A DNA stretch of 64,000 nt, taken from Patescibacteria group bacterium (GTDB taxonomy: Bacteria > Patescibacteriota > Patescibacteriia > Patescibacteriales > UBA12465). Under the pieces are notes generated by a model. It worked only from the letters and a program-made list of their open reading frames with translations. It ran no database searches and was not told the DNA's origin. Each line of letters opens with the position of its first letter. The stretch's first letter is position 1. Both the position numbers and the translations under genes were made by a program. Shown piece after piece: positions 7,340 through 15,646 of the stretch. The stretch is from contig JBAZKO010000001.1 of NCBI GenBank assembly GCA_041650775.1, positions 1,030 through 65,029 on the forward strand. Direction: 5' to 3'.

Positions 7340-8884
7340 TTACTGCTGATAAAAGGCCTTCATCGCCGCATTGAACTCCGCCGCCTGCTGATTATATTCA
7401 TTAACTTTCGTTCGATAATTCGCCAAAACGGCATTATACTGACTGACTAAATTATTATAGGTCGGAACAAGATCGTTGTATTCGACAATCTGCCCGCTGT
7501 TATAATAAGTATCCATTTGCGTCTTCATGGCGCTTAAATTATTTTCCCGCGTCCGCGAATCGTTCTCCAATTCATCAATGTCCGTCTGCCGCGCGTTCAA
7601 TTCATCCTTAGACGTTCTCAGAGCTTCGACTTTGGCGCGCGTCGCTGTTACGCCGCGATAAACCTGACCGGACGTTTCCTGATAAATTTCCATTTTTCCT
7701 AAACCGGCGGAATCAAACAGGCCGACTAGATCGTTATCCGGCGTTTGCGCCTGTCCGGAGCTGATGCTTTCGGGAATGACGCCTAAAGGAAAATAATTGG
7801 TGGTCTCGGCGTAACAATAACCGGAACCGTTGAGCGAATATTCCGCCGGGCAAGCAATCCCGACCGCGGTATGGTTACGTTCGGGAAAATCGAGAATCGC
7901 CGCGCCGTAACCGAGTTGTCGCAAAAGCGCCACGGCTAAGAAGGTCTTATCCGAACAGACGCCCTTATCCAAATATAAAGTTTCGTACGGATAGTAAGGA
8001 TTAGTGTTGCGGTTACCGTCAATCGCCAACTTCGCGTGATCGTAGGGGATATATTGAATCAAGGCCAGCGCAAATTCCGCCAGTTGATCGCTATTCCAAT
8101 CATTCGCGCCGGCTATCGTCTTTAATTTCGCGGCCAGGTCGACCAGCGAAACATCGCCTGATTTAACCTTTAGAAATAACCCGTAAAAAGCTTCTCGCAG
8201 ATTTGGCGGCTCTTCGGCACTGTTATAACTATAAACTTTCGGCGAATTTTTATAAGCCTTATATAAACTTTCCGATAAATTTTGGGTAAACTCGTAATTA
8301 TTTCCCTGATATTTAAAAGTAAAGCGGCTGATAACGGTTGTAGTGGAGGCCGATGGAACCGGATCGGCGGACGAAAGAGACGAGGATGAACCGGTCGCCG
8401 AAGCGGACGAAGAGGTAAAAATCGGAATCCGCGCTAAATCATTATTGGTAATACCAAGCCCTTTCGACCGCATCAGATTAAAAGAGTCTGTCGGGCGGCC
8501 GAGATAATATAATTTTAAATCCAAGGGATCAACGTAATAAGCCTGTCCCTTATCTTGGACTTTTAATAAAATCCGGCCGGCTAAACGGCGCGGCGCGATC
8601 TTTTGCCAAGTAGCGAAGTCAGCGTTGGTTATTCCCAGACCCAGAGAACGCATGATCTGAAAAGCGTCATCCGGCCGACCCAGATAATAACGCCTACTAT
8701 TTACCGGATTGACATACCAGGCCTGCCCCTTATCCTGGACGGCCAAGAGAATCCGGCCGTTTAAATTAGTCGCGGCTTGCGCCTCGGAAACGTTTGAAAA
8801 CGCTGGTGCCAGACTAAAAATGACGCCAAAACCGATAAACAGGATGGCTAAAAACAAAATCGGCTTAGACAATTTAAAATTCAT
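7340..8884 (-). CDS. Secreted protein with two GRILL-type repeats, a transglutaminase-like Cys-protease core and a C-terminal coiled coil
   Basis: N-terminal signal/TM segment ILFLAILFIGFGVIFSLAPAFS. Tandem modules at aa 43-150. Ser-rich linker. TGase-like core GVCSDKTFLAVALLRQLGYGAAIL...NHTAVGI. N/Q/Y-rich heptad tail YNNLVSQYNAVLANYRTKVNEYNQQAAEFNAAMKAFYQQ. Confidence 0.7.
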   Translation of the reverse strand: MNFKLSKPILFLAILFIGFGVIFSLAPAFSNVSEAQAATNLNGRILLAVQDKGQAWYVNPVNSRRYYLGRPDDAFQIMRSLGLGITNADFATWQKIAPRRLAGRILLKVQDKGQAYYVDPLDLKLYYLGRPTDSFNLMRSKGLGITNNDLARIPIFTSSSASATGSSSSLSSADPVPSASTTTVISRFTFKYQGNNYEFTQNLSESLYKAYKNSPKVYSYNSAEEPPNLREAFYGLFLKVKSGDVSLVDLAAKLKTIAGANDWNSDQLAEFALALIQYIPYDHAKLAIDGNRNTNPYYPYETLYLDKGVCSDKTFLAVALLRQLGYGAAILDFPERNHTAVGIACPAEYSLNGSGYCYAETTNYFPLGVIPESISSGQAQTPDNDLVGLFDSAGLGKMEIYQETSGQVYRGVTATRAKVEALRTSKDELNARQTDIDELENDSRTRENNLSAMKTQMDTYYNSGQIVEYNDLVPTYNNLVSQYNAVLANYRTKVNEYNQQAAEFNAAMKAFYQQ

Positions 8885-8911
8885 AAATAAAAGATCGATC
8901 GATTTAAAAAA

Positions 8912-9583
8912 TCAATCGACCAAAGTGACGAATAAATCTTCAGTCGGCGGCGTCGGCAAATGGCTGGCATCATTGATGTAGCTAATCTTAATATAACCGT
9001 CGCGGTCAATGACGAATTTATTAATCGACGACTGAAAAATTTCCAGAGACAAAAAGCCAATGACATCCGCGTTCAAAACGCCGGTAATCAAAGCTTTAAT
9101 AAAATTACCGTGGGAAAAAATCAAAACTTTTTTGCCTTTATTATGCCGGAACAGATCCGCCAGCGCCCGGCGAGCGACGGTCTGCATCTTGTCCAAATCC
9201 TTATCAAGCGTCCGGCGGCGGCGCAGTTTCTTCTCTCGCGTTTTTTCCGACATGTTAAAATATTTTATCTTATACCAATCGGTCCAGTCGATTTCATCCA
9301 GGCGGTAATCGATTAAAAGTTTCTTTCCGGATTTTTTAATATATTCGGCCGCGGTTTCCTGCGCCCGCTGTAAACCGCTCGCGTAAATTTTATCAAATTT
9401 CATCGTTAACAGCTTTTCCGTTAAGAATTTACGCTGTTTCAGTCCGGTTTTGGACAACGGCATATGATATTCGCCCAGTGTTTTTTCCAATCGATAATCC
9501 GGATGACAATGACGGACTAAAAAAATCTCCGTGTACGGTCGGCGCGTCTTCGGTTTTAATTTAACGTAGGGATTCTGATACAT
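8912..9583 (-). CDS. Histidine phosphatase family protein (phosphoglycerate-mutase-like)
   Basis: FLVRHCHPD (RHG-type motif) near the N-terminus and a second catalytic His in IFSHGNFIKAL. Confidence 0.8.
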   Translation of the reverse strand: MYQNPYVKLKPKTRRPYTEIFLVRHCHPDYRLEKTLGEYHMPLSKTGLKQRKFLTEKLLTMKFDKIYASGLQRAQETAAEYIKKSGKKLLIDYRLDEIDWTDWYKIKYFNMSEKTREKKLRRRRTLDKDLDKMQTVARRALADLFRHNKGKKVLIFSHGNFIKALITGVLNADVIGFLSLEIFQSSINKFVIDRDGYIKISYINDASHLPTPPTEDLFVTLVD

Positions 9584-9625
9584 AAAATAAGGTAATTATT
9601 TTTCCCAAAAAATCAAGGCTAAAAA

Positions 9626-10246
9626 TTAACGAAAATTTATTTCCGCGAACGGCCAATTTAATAAATGGCGCAAAATCGCTTCGACAAAATCGGCGCGACG
9701 ATTCTGATAATCCAAATAATAAGCGTGTTCCCAGACATCAATTGTCAATAAAGGCTTCAAGCCCCGCACCCAGGGGTTGTCGGCGTTCGCGGTCTTGATT
9801 ATTTTAAGCGTCTTTCCGTCTTTGACCAGCCAAACCCAACCGCTACCGAACTGGCTAACGGCCGCCGCTTTAAATTCCGCGTAAAAATTATCCAGAGATC
9901 CGAAAGTCGAATCAATCAAGGTCGATAATTCCGGCGTGATTGCCGGTGCCGCCTTTAACTGAGAATCTTCCGCTGGCGCTTCGGCCGGCCGCAAACTGTT
10001 CCAAAAAAAAGCGTGATTACAAGCTTGGGCGGCGTTATTAAATATTGCCGTTTGCGCCGGATCGGATGCGGTTTTTTTTATGATACTTTCCAGGGTCTCT
10101 TTTTCCAGTTCCGTGCCGGCCACCAGCTTATTCAAATTATCGATATAAGCTTGATGATGTTTGCCGTAATGGAAATCTAATGTCCGGACGGAGATATATG
10201 GTTCCAAAGCGGCCTGGTCATAAGGCAATAAAGGTAAGGTAAACAT
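9626..10246 (-). CDS. sod: Fe/Mn superoxide dismutase
   Basis: Metal-ligand blocks FHYGKHHQAY and DVWEHAYYLDYQNRR. I moved the start to the ATG at 10246 (MFTLPLLPY) because the ORF-track start at 10297 lies on a -10-like element. Confidence 0.9.
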   Translation of the reverse strand: MFTLPLLPYDQAALEPYISVRTLDFHYGKHHQAYIDNLNKLVAGTELEKETLESIIKKTASDPAQTAIFNNAAQACNHAFFWNSLRPAEAPAEDSQLKAAPAITPELSTLIDSTFGSLDNFYAEFKAAAVSQFGSGWVWLVKDGKTLKIIKTANADNPWVRGLKPLLTIDVWEHAYYLDYQNRRADFVEAILRHLLNWPFAEINFR

Positions 10247-10277
10247 ATTATTAAAAATTAATGAATAATTCATGTTT

Positions 10278-10286
10278 ATTATAACA
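10278..10286 (-). promoter_or_regulatory. Possible extended -10 (TGTTATAAT) for sod
   Basis: Reverse complement of 10278-10286 reads TGTTATAAT, about 32 nt upstream of the preferred sod ATG. Confidence 0.3.
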
Positions 10287-10313
10287 AAAAAATACATAAA
10301 AGACCATTTTGCT

Positions 10314-10341
10314 AAATAAAAAAGGCCGCTTATCGGCGACC
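10314..10341 (-). terminator. Rho-independent terminator after the pyrF-PRTase gene (copy 1 of an identical 28-mer)
   Basis: Minus strand reads GGTCGC-CGATAA-GCGGCC followed by TTTTTTATTT. The 28 nt are identical to 11975-12002. Confidence 0.6.
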
Positions 10342-10366
10342 TTTAAAAAACCATTTTCCAAAAATC

Positions 10367-11887
10367 TTATTTATTTTCCATTGCCTCCTTTAAAAGCGGC
10401 CATTGAAATTTCGGTTTGAGGATAATTTTTCCGGCGGCAACTATATCAGCCACTTCCGGGTCTTCTTGTTTATACTGATCCAATTTAACATCACAAGCGC
10501 TGATTACCGGAATACCTTCCCACTCCAACTTACCGGAACGATTAAAAGCGCATAAGATAGCGACTAATTTTCCGCCGTGACTTTCAATTAAGTCCTTAAT
10601 CTGTTCGGTAGTGGAAAAATTATTAGTAACATCTTCCACCAGAGCGATTAGATCGCCGGGATTAATCTCGTGCCGATCAATAACTAAAGTACTTTCTTCC
10701 CTGACATTTTTTTCTTTAACCGCGGCGACAGTCACCACTTTTTCAGCAAAGATTGTCGGACATTTTAAGGAACGGCCGATATCACCCGCCAATAGCAGAC
10801 CGCCCATAGGCGCTCCCAGAACTTTATTAATTCCTAGACCCGGCATTCTCGCTTCCGTAGAGATTAAATCGGCGAAATATTCCCTGACTGTCGGAAATGG
10901 TTCCGCTTTGGCGAAATTAAGATAAACAAAACCGACCAAATTCTTATGCTCGCTTAAGGCACCGACATATTTTTTGGCATAACAAACGACCGGACCAATA
11001 TATTTTCCGTCTCCATCTTTCGGACTTTCATAATAACCTTCGCAGTTGCGCAGGGTGGCTAAAGGGTCTCCGGGAACTACTAAACCGGCATCAACTTTAG
11101 CCAATTCTTCCAGAGTTAACCGACGGCTTGTGGCGGCGCTGATTTCTTTTTCCGGATTACCCTTGGTTAATTGCGCTCCCATAACCAAATAGGTAGCGCC
11201 AGCTTCCAAGGCTTTCCTCGCGCCAGTCACTCTTTTCTGATGTTCATCCTTTTTTTTCATCCATTCATCACGAATACCGGGAACGATAAAGTTATAATCT
11301 GCTGGCAGATTTTTCTTCAAAAAATTCAATTCCTGAGGCGAACAAACAACCAGGTCGAACGGTTCGAGGGTAATATCCAAATTCTTATCTTTAATTAATT
11401 TTTGATAAGCTTTTCGAATATTAACAAGGTCGTTATAAATCTTAACTTCCGGGGATTGTCCGAAACGAGCCTGGCATTCGTCGACGCTGATATCGGTTAC
11501 CATACTAACCATAGCTAATTTAGTTTGCGGCAATAAAACTCTTAATTTCAGGAGTGTTTCCGCGCTGACTTGCGAACTGACCGTCAGGATTTCCGGAGTG
11601 ATACCGGGAGCGGCATACTTTTTCAAAACATTTTCCACTGTGGCGGAAACATCGTAAATTTTCAAGTCCAAAAAAATACCAGCGGAAACCTTATGCGCCA
11701 TTAGGATGCTCCTGATACTTTTAATAATGTCCGGCCCACCAAAATCGATATTATGGACGCCGTCATTTAATTTAATAAAAGCCAATAAATTAGCTAAATC
11801 CGGAAGGTCAATCAAGCTTTTAATGGTTTCCAGCAGTTTAAAACCGCTTTCATAGCCGTCGAAAGGCAGAATAATCACTCTTTTCAT
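10367..11887 (-). CDS. Fusion protein: OMP-decarboxylase-fold domain (PyrF-like, N-terminal) plus type I phosphoribosyltransferase domain (PyrE-like, C-terminal)
   Basis: N-terminal half: ILPFDG, FIKLNDG, FLDLKIYDVSAT (DxKxxD), VPGIR and ATYLVMGAQLT align to E. coli PyrF blocks as I recall them. C-terminal half: PRPP-loop-like LIALVEDVTNNFSTTEQ. Start moved to the ATG at 11887 (MKRVIILPF). Confidence 0.65.
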   Translation of the reverse strand: MKRVIILPFDGYESGFKLLETIKSLIDLPDLANLLAFIKLNDGVHNIDFGGPDIIKSIRSILMAHKVSAGIFLDLKIYDVSATVENVLKKYAAPGITPEILTVSSQVSAETLLKLRVLLPQTKLAMVSMVTDISVDECQARFGQSPEVKIYNDLVNIRKAYQKLIKDKNLDITLEPFDLVVCSPQELNFLKKNLPADYNFIVPGIRDEWMKKKDEHQKRVTGARKALEAGATYLVMGAQLTKGNPEKEISAATSRRLTLEELAKVDAGLVVPGDPLATLRNCEGYYESPKDGDGKYIGPVVCYAKKYVGALSEHKNLVGFVYLNFAKAEPFPTVREYFADLISTEARMPGLGINKVLGAPMGGLLLAGDIGRSLKCPTIFAEKVVTVAAVKEKNVREESTLVIDRHEINPGDLIALVEDVTNNFSTTEQIKDLIESHGGKLVAILCAFNRSGKLEWEGIPVISACDVKLDQYKQEDPEVADIVAAGKIILKPKFQWPLLKEAMENK

Positions 11888-11947
11888 CAGTACAAAGTTT
11901 AAGTTAATACTATATTTATGATTTTTAAATAACAAAATAATTAAGTT

Positions 11948-11976
11948 ATTTTAATTAAAAATTAAAAAAATGTCAA
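11948..11976 (-). promoter_or_regulatory. Candidate promoter for the pyrF-PRTase fusion gene
   Basis: Minus strand reads TTGACA (11976-11971), a 17-nt spacer, then TAAAAT (11953-11948). It abuts the upstream terminator. Confidence 0.45.
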
Positions 11977-12002
11977 ATAAAAAAGGCCGCTTATCGGCGA
12001 CC
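11975..12002 (-). terminator. Rho-independent terminator after the DUF45 gene (copy 2 of an identical 28-mer)
   Basis: Same hairpin and T-tract as 10314-10341, with 28/28 identity. Confidence 0.6.
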
Positions 12003-12004
12003 AT

Positions 12005-12370
12005 TTAAATTACCCCTCTCTTCAACTGACGGCGCAGTTCTTTATAATCCGGCAGAATCCGCGCCACTAAACTCCAAAATTGCGGCGAATGATTAAATTC
12101 TTCCAAATGGCAGAGCTCATGAACGACAATATAATCACGAACGCGATCCGGCAAATTAAGCAGGCGATAGCTGAAATTGAGATTGCCTCTCCGGGAACAG
12201 CTCCCCCAACGCGTCTTCTGATTGCGGACGCTAACTCGATTATATTTAAAACCGTAAAAGCAGTTAAAATATTCCAGCCGTTCGCCAATCAGCGTCCGCG
12301 CTTCCTCTCTCCGTGCCAGATAATCAAAGCGACGGCGGCGCGCGAATAAACTAGATGCCAAGTTATACAT
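12005..12370 (-). CDS. DUF45/YgjP-type (M48-like) zinc metallohydrolase
   Basis: TRWGSCS block and HELCHLEEFNHSPQFW (HExxH). 121 aa, short for the family. Overlaps rlmN by 8 nt. Confidence 0.75.
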   Translation of the reverse strand: MYNLASSLFARRRRFDYLARREEARTLIGERLEYFNCFYGFKYNRVSVRNQKTRWGSCSRRGNLNFSYRLLNLPDRVRDYIVVHELCHLEEFNHSPQFWSLVARILPDYKELRRQLKRGVI

Positions 12371-13418
12371 ACCCCTTTCTCTTCCCTCTCAACTGCCCGC
12401 AAGCCGCGGCAATCTCCGTGCCAAAACTGAGACGCACGGTCGTCGGTACATTTTCTTTTTCCAAAATCTTTTTAAAAGCGTCTATTCGTTCGCGTTCCGA
12501 AGGTTTAAATTTTCCGGTCGCGTTATAAGGAATCAGATTAACCATATACAGCGGATTTTTTATCAATTCCGCGAGTTCCAGCGCGTTCTTGTCGCTATCA
12601 TTAACGCCTTTGATCATCAGGTATTCGAACATGACGCGCCGTCCGGTGCGAGAAATATAGTTGTCGACCGCCTGGAATATCTCGCGGAGCGGATATTTTT
12701 TAGCCACCGGAATCAACTCGCGGCGCAAACTGTCGTTCGGGGCGTGCAGTGAAATTGCCAGGTTTATTTGAATCTTTTCTCCGGCCAAACGCTTGATTCC
12801 TTCCGTTAAGCCGACGGTAGAAACTGATAGGCGGCGAGCGCCAATATTCATCGTCTCCGGATTATTCAAAAATTTGACGGCCTTAATGAACTCCGCGTAA
12901 TTTAGGAATGGTTCACCCATGCCCATAAAAACGATATTGTCTATTTTTTCACCCTTGCCTTCCGCTTTCAGCCGCCGCGCCCAAAAAATTACCTGTTCCG
13001 TGATTTCTTCGGCCGTTAAATTTCGGCTGAAGCCGTTCATTCCGGTCGCGCAAAAAGCGCAACCCAAAGGACAGCCCGCCTGGGAAGAAACGCAAATCGT
13101 ATTGCGGCCGGTTGATTTCTCCACTGTTTCCGCTTTCTCCGTCTTTTCGCCTCTCTGCCGGATCAAAACCGTTTCGATTATTTCTCCGTCCGTCAAAGTA
13201 ATCAAAGCTTTCTCGCTTTTTCGCCCGCCGGCGGTCTTAAAGATTTGCGCTTTAATTTCCAAGGGACATTCCGCTGTCAATTGCTCGCGTAAAATTTTGG
13301 GCAGACTGGACGCTTCGCTCCAAACGGAAATATAATCCTGAAACAGCGCTTTATTGATTTGCGCGTAACGGAATTTCGGTTCGTTTTTTAAGATTTCTGA
13401 TAATTTGTCTAAATTCAT
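12363..13418 (-). CDS. rlmN: 23S rRNA/tRNA (adenine-C2)-methyltransferase, radical SAM RlmN family
   Basis: CPLGCAFCATG (CxxxCxxC), GMGEP, C-terminal AACGQL, and a length typical of the family. Confidence 0.9.
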   Translation of the reverse strand: MNLDKLSEILKNEPKFRYAQINKALFQDYISVWSEASSLPKILREQLTAECPLEIKAQIFKTAGGRKSEKALITLTDGEIIETVLIRQRGEKTEKAETVEKSTGRNTICVSSQAGCPLGCAFCATGMNGFSRNLTAEEITEQVIFWARRLKAEGKGEKIDNIVFMGMGEPFLNYAEFIKAVKFLNNPETMNIGARRLSVSTVGLTEGIKRLAGEKIQINLAISLHAPNDSLRRELIPVAKKYPLREIFQAVDNYISRTGRRVMFEYLMIKGVNDSDKNALELAELIKNPLYMVNLIPYNATGKFKPSERERIDAFKKILEKENVPTTVRLSFGTEIAAACGQLRGKRKGYV

Positions 13419-13425
13419 TTGATTA

Positions 13426-14535
13426 TTATTTTTTCTTTAGAATAATCTTTACAATCTCGCTCCGGCTGGAAGTTCTGATTGGCGGTCCCCAGGTGCCGGC
13501 GCCGCCGTTAATGATAATGGAAAAATCGCCCTCCTGAAACAAACCGTAACCATAGCCGTGATGCGCCAATTTCGCAACCAGATTAAAAGGAAATAACTGT
13601 CCGTCATGCGTATGGCCGGAAAGCTGTAAATCGATACCGGCGCTTTTGGCCAGCGGGACATTTTTGGGAGCGTGAAAAAGCAAAATACTCGGTTTCCTCT
13701 GATCATAATTCACCTGCTTTAAAATCGCCGCTTCCAGATCGAAATCGCTGTTAAAAGAATAATTAATGCCGATAATCTGCAGGCCGCTAACCGTTTCCAT
13801 CTTGTTATCCAGAATACGCACCGGATTTTCTTTTAAAAGGTTGATGACGCGGTTGAACCCCAAATACAAATCATGATTGCCGAAACTATAATAGATTCCG
13901 CTCGGCGTCCGTAGTTTGCTGAACGGATGGTTCATCCAGGAAAAATCCGCTTCCATGCCATCAAAGAGATCGCCGGTAATGAAAACCGCCTCCGGTTTAA
14001 GATTGTCGACGCGGGCGATTAAGCGGGAAAAGAATCTTTTTCGATAAACCGGTCCGAGATGGACGTCGGAAACCTGTACTACGACTTTATTATTCCAATA
14101 ATCCGGCAGGTCTTTGATAGCTACTTCATATTCGATAACCTGCGGATTCCAGGCGTTATATAAACCGTAGAGAGACACCAGACTCGCACCGCCGAAAAAA
14201 ATAAATTTCATGATACCGGCCGGTACGGTGAAATCAAAAACTACTCCGAATAACCGGAAGAATAAAATTAAAATAGCCATCAAACCGAAATTGACCAGCA
14301 AGCCGATCCAGAAACCGGCAATCATATAATACCAACGGGTAAACGGATTATCCCATTTATGGATCAAGTAAGAAGCGATAATTGTGCTGACAAATAAAAA
14401 AGAAATCAGGGAGATAAGGATAAAATGGTGTTGCCAAGCGGCGATATGCAGTAATTTGGTGACGGCCAGCCAAAAAACGGCGTGTCCGAGGAAGACCGCG
14501 AGAATTGAAACCGCAAAAAATATTAATTGCATCAT
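13426..14535 (-). CDS. Membrane-anchored metallophosphoesterase
   Basis: Several N-terminal TM helices, then the calcineurin-like motifs VSDVHLG, GDLFDG, GNHD and GHTHDGQ. Confidence 0.85.
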   Translation of the reverse strand: MMQLIFFAVSILAVFLGHAVFWLAVTKLLHIAAWQHHFILISLISFLFVSTIIASYLIHKWDNPFTRWYYMIAGFWIGLLVNFGLMAILILFFRLFGVVFDFTVPAGIMKFIFFGGASLVSLYGLYNAWNPQVIEYEVAIKDLPDYWNNKVVVQVSDVHLGPVYRKRFFSRLIARVDNLKPEAVFITGDLFDGMEADFSWMNHPFSKLRTPSGIYYSFGNHDLYLGFNRVINLLKENPVRILDNKMETVSGLQIIGINYSFNSDFDLEAAILKQVNYDQRKPSILLFHAPKNVPLAKSAGIDLQLSGHTHDGQLFPFNLVAKLAHHGYGYGLFQEGDFSIIINGGAGTWGPPIRTSSRSEIVKIILKKK

Positions 14536-14555
14536 AAAACCGGCGGAAATTAACT

Positions 14556-15644
14556 TTATTTATTAGGTTTTCTCAGACTTTCAAGTAATTTCTGATAAAA
14601 CTCCAGATTATTCAAACTGGCCAATTTATGCCCCAAAGATTCGTTCATTTTAAACAAATGGTGCAAGTAGGAACGCGAATGGGTTTTTAACTCACTTATC
14701 TTACTGTTTTTATTAATCGGTGTAAAGTCGGCGGCAAATTTAGCGTTATTGATGTTGACTGTCTGCTTCGCCGCGAACAATTTACCGTGTCTGCCTTCCC
14801 GCGTCGGAATAACACAATCAAACATATCCCAGCCCCAGGACGCACAGCGGATAATATCTTCCGGCGTACCGATGCCCAAAGCGAAACGTAATTTATCCGC
14901 GGGAATAAAACTAGCGGTGCGGCGCAAGACTTCGCCTAAAAATTTACCTTCTTTATCGACCGGACGCGCGCCAAAACCGTAACCGTCAAAACCGATTTTT
15001 ACTAATTCCTTAGTACAGTCTTCCCGCAAATCAATTTCCGCGCCGCCCTGGATAACGGCAAACAGCAGAGGTCGTTTCGAACCGCGCAGTTTCCGTTTCT
15101 TAATTTGTCTCTCATATTCAAACTTGCAACGCTTCGCCCAGGCAACTGTTCGCGCCACCGCTTTCTCTAAATCGCGGCGGGAAAATTCATTTGGCGGGCA
15201 GTCGTCGAGACAAACCATCATATCGACACCGAGCGCGAATTGGATCTGAATCGATTTTTCCGGTGTCAGTTCATGTTTTGAACCGTCTAAAGGCGAACGG
15301 AAGATAACTTTATCATCGCTGATATTCCCCGCTCCCGGATTACGATGGATTAAAGAAAAAACTTGATAGCCGCCGGAATCGGATAAAAGCGGCCCGGACC
15401 AATTCATAAATTTATGTATTCCGCCGGCCTTTTCCAGAACGCGCAAACCGGGCTGTAAATACAGATGAAAAGTATTAACAACCAGCGCTTCGGTTTTTGT
15501 TCGTCTCACCTCTCCATTATCGGTCAATTTTACAAAACCCCGCGTCGCGTCCGGCATGAAGAACGGCGTTTTCAAAACACCGTGAGCGGTTTTAATTTCG
15601 CCCCAACGACCACCGGATTTTTTCGTTTTAATCAATCTGAACAT
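14556..15644 (-). CDS. tgt: tRNA-guanine transglycosylase (queuine tRNA-ribosyltransferase) family, with the zinc site lost
   Basis: TPFFMPDATRG, LSDSGGYQVFSL and GIGTPEDI...WDMFDCVIPTR are present. The usual CxCxxC...H zinc ligands read S314, I316, L319 and N345. Confidence 0.9.
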   Translation of the reverse strand: MFRLIKTKKSGGRWGEIKTAHGVLKTPFFMPDATRGFVKLTDNGEVRRTKTEALVVNTFHLYLQPGLRVLEKAGGIHKFMNWSGPLLSDSGGYQVFSLIHRNPGAGNISDDKVIFRSPLDGSKHELTPEKSIQIQFALGVDMMVCLDDCPPNEFSRRDLEKAVARTVAWAKRCKFEYERQIKKRKLRGSKRPLLFAVIQGGAEIDLREDCTKELVKIGFDGYGFGARPVDKEGKFLGEVLRRTASFIPADKLRFALGIGTPEDIIRCASWGWDMFDCVIPTREGRHGKLFAAKQTVNINNAKFAADFTPINKNSKISELKTHSRSYLHHLFKMNESLGHKLASLNNLEFYQKLLESLRKPNK

Positions 15645-15646
15645 AT

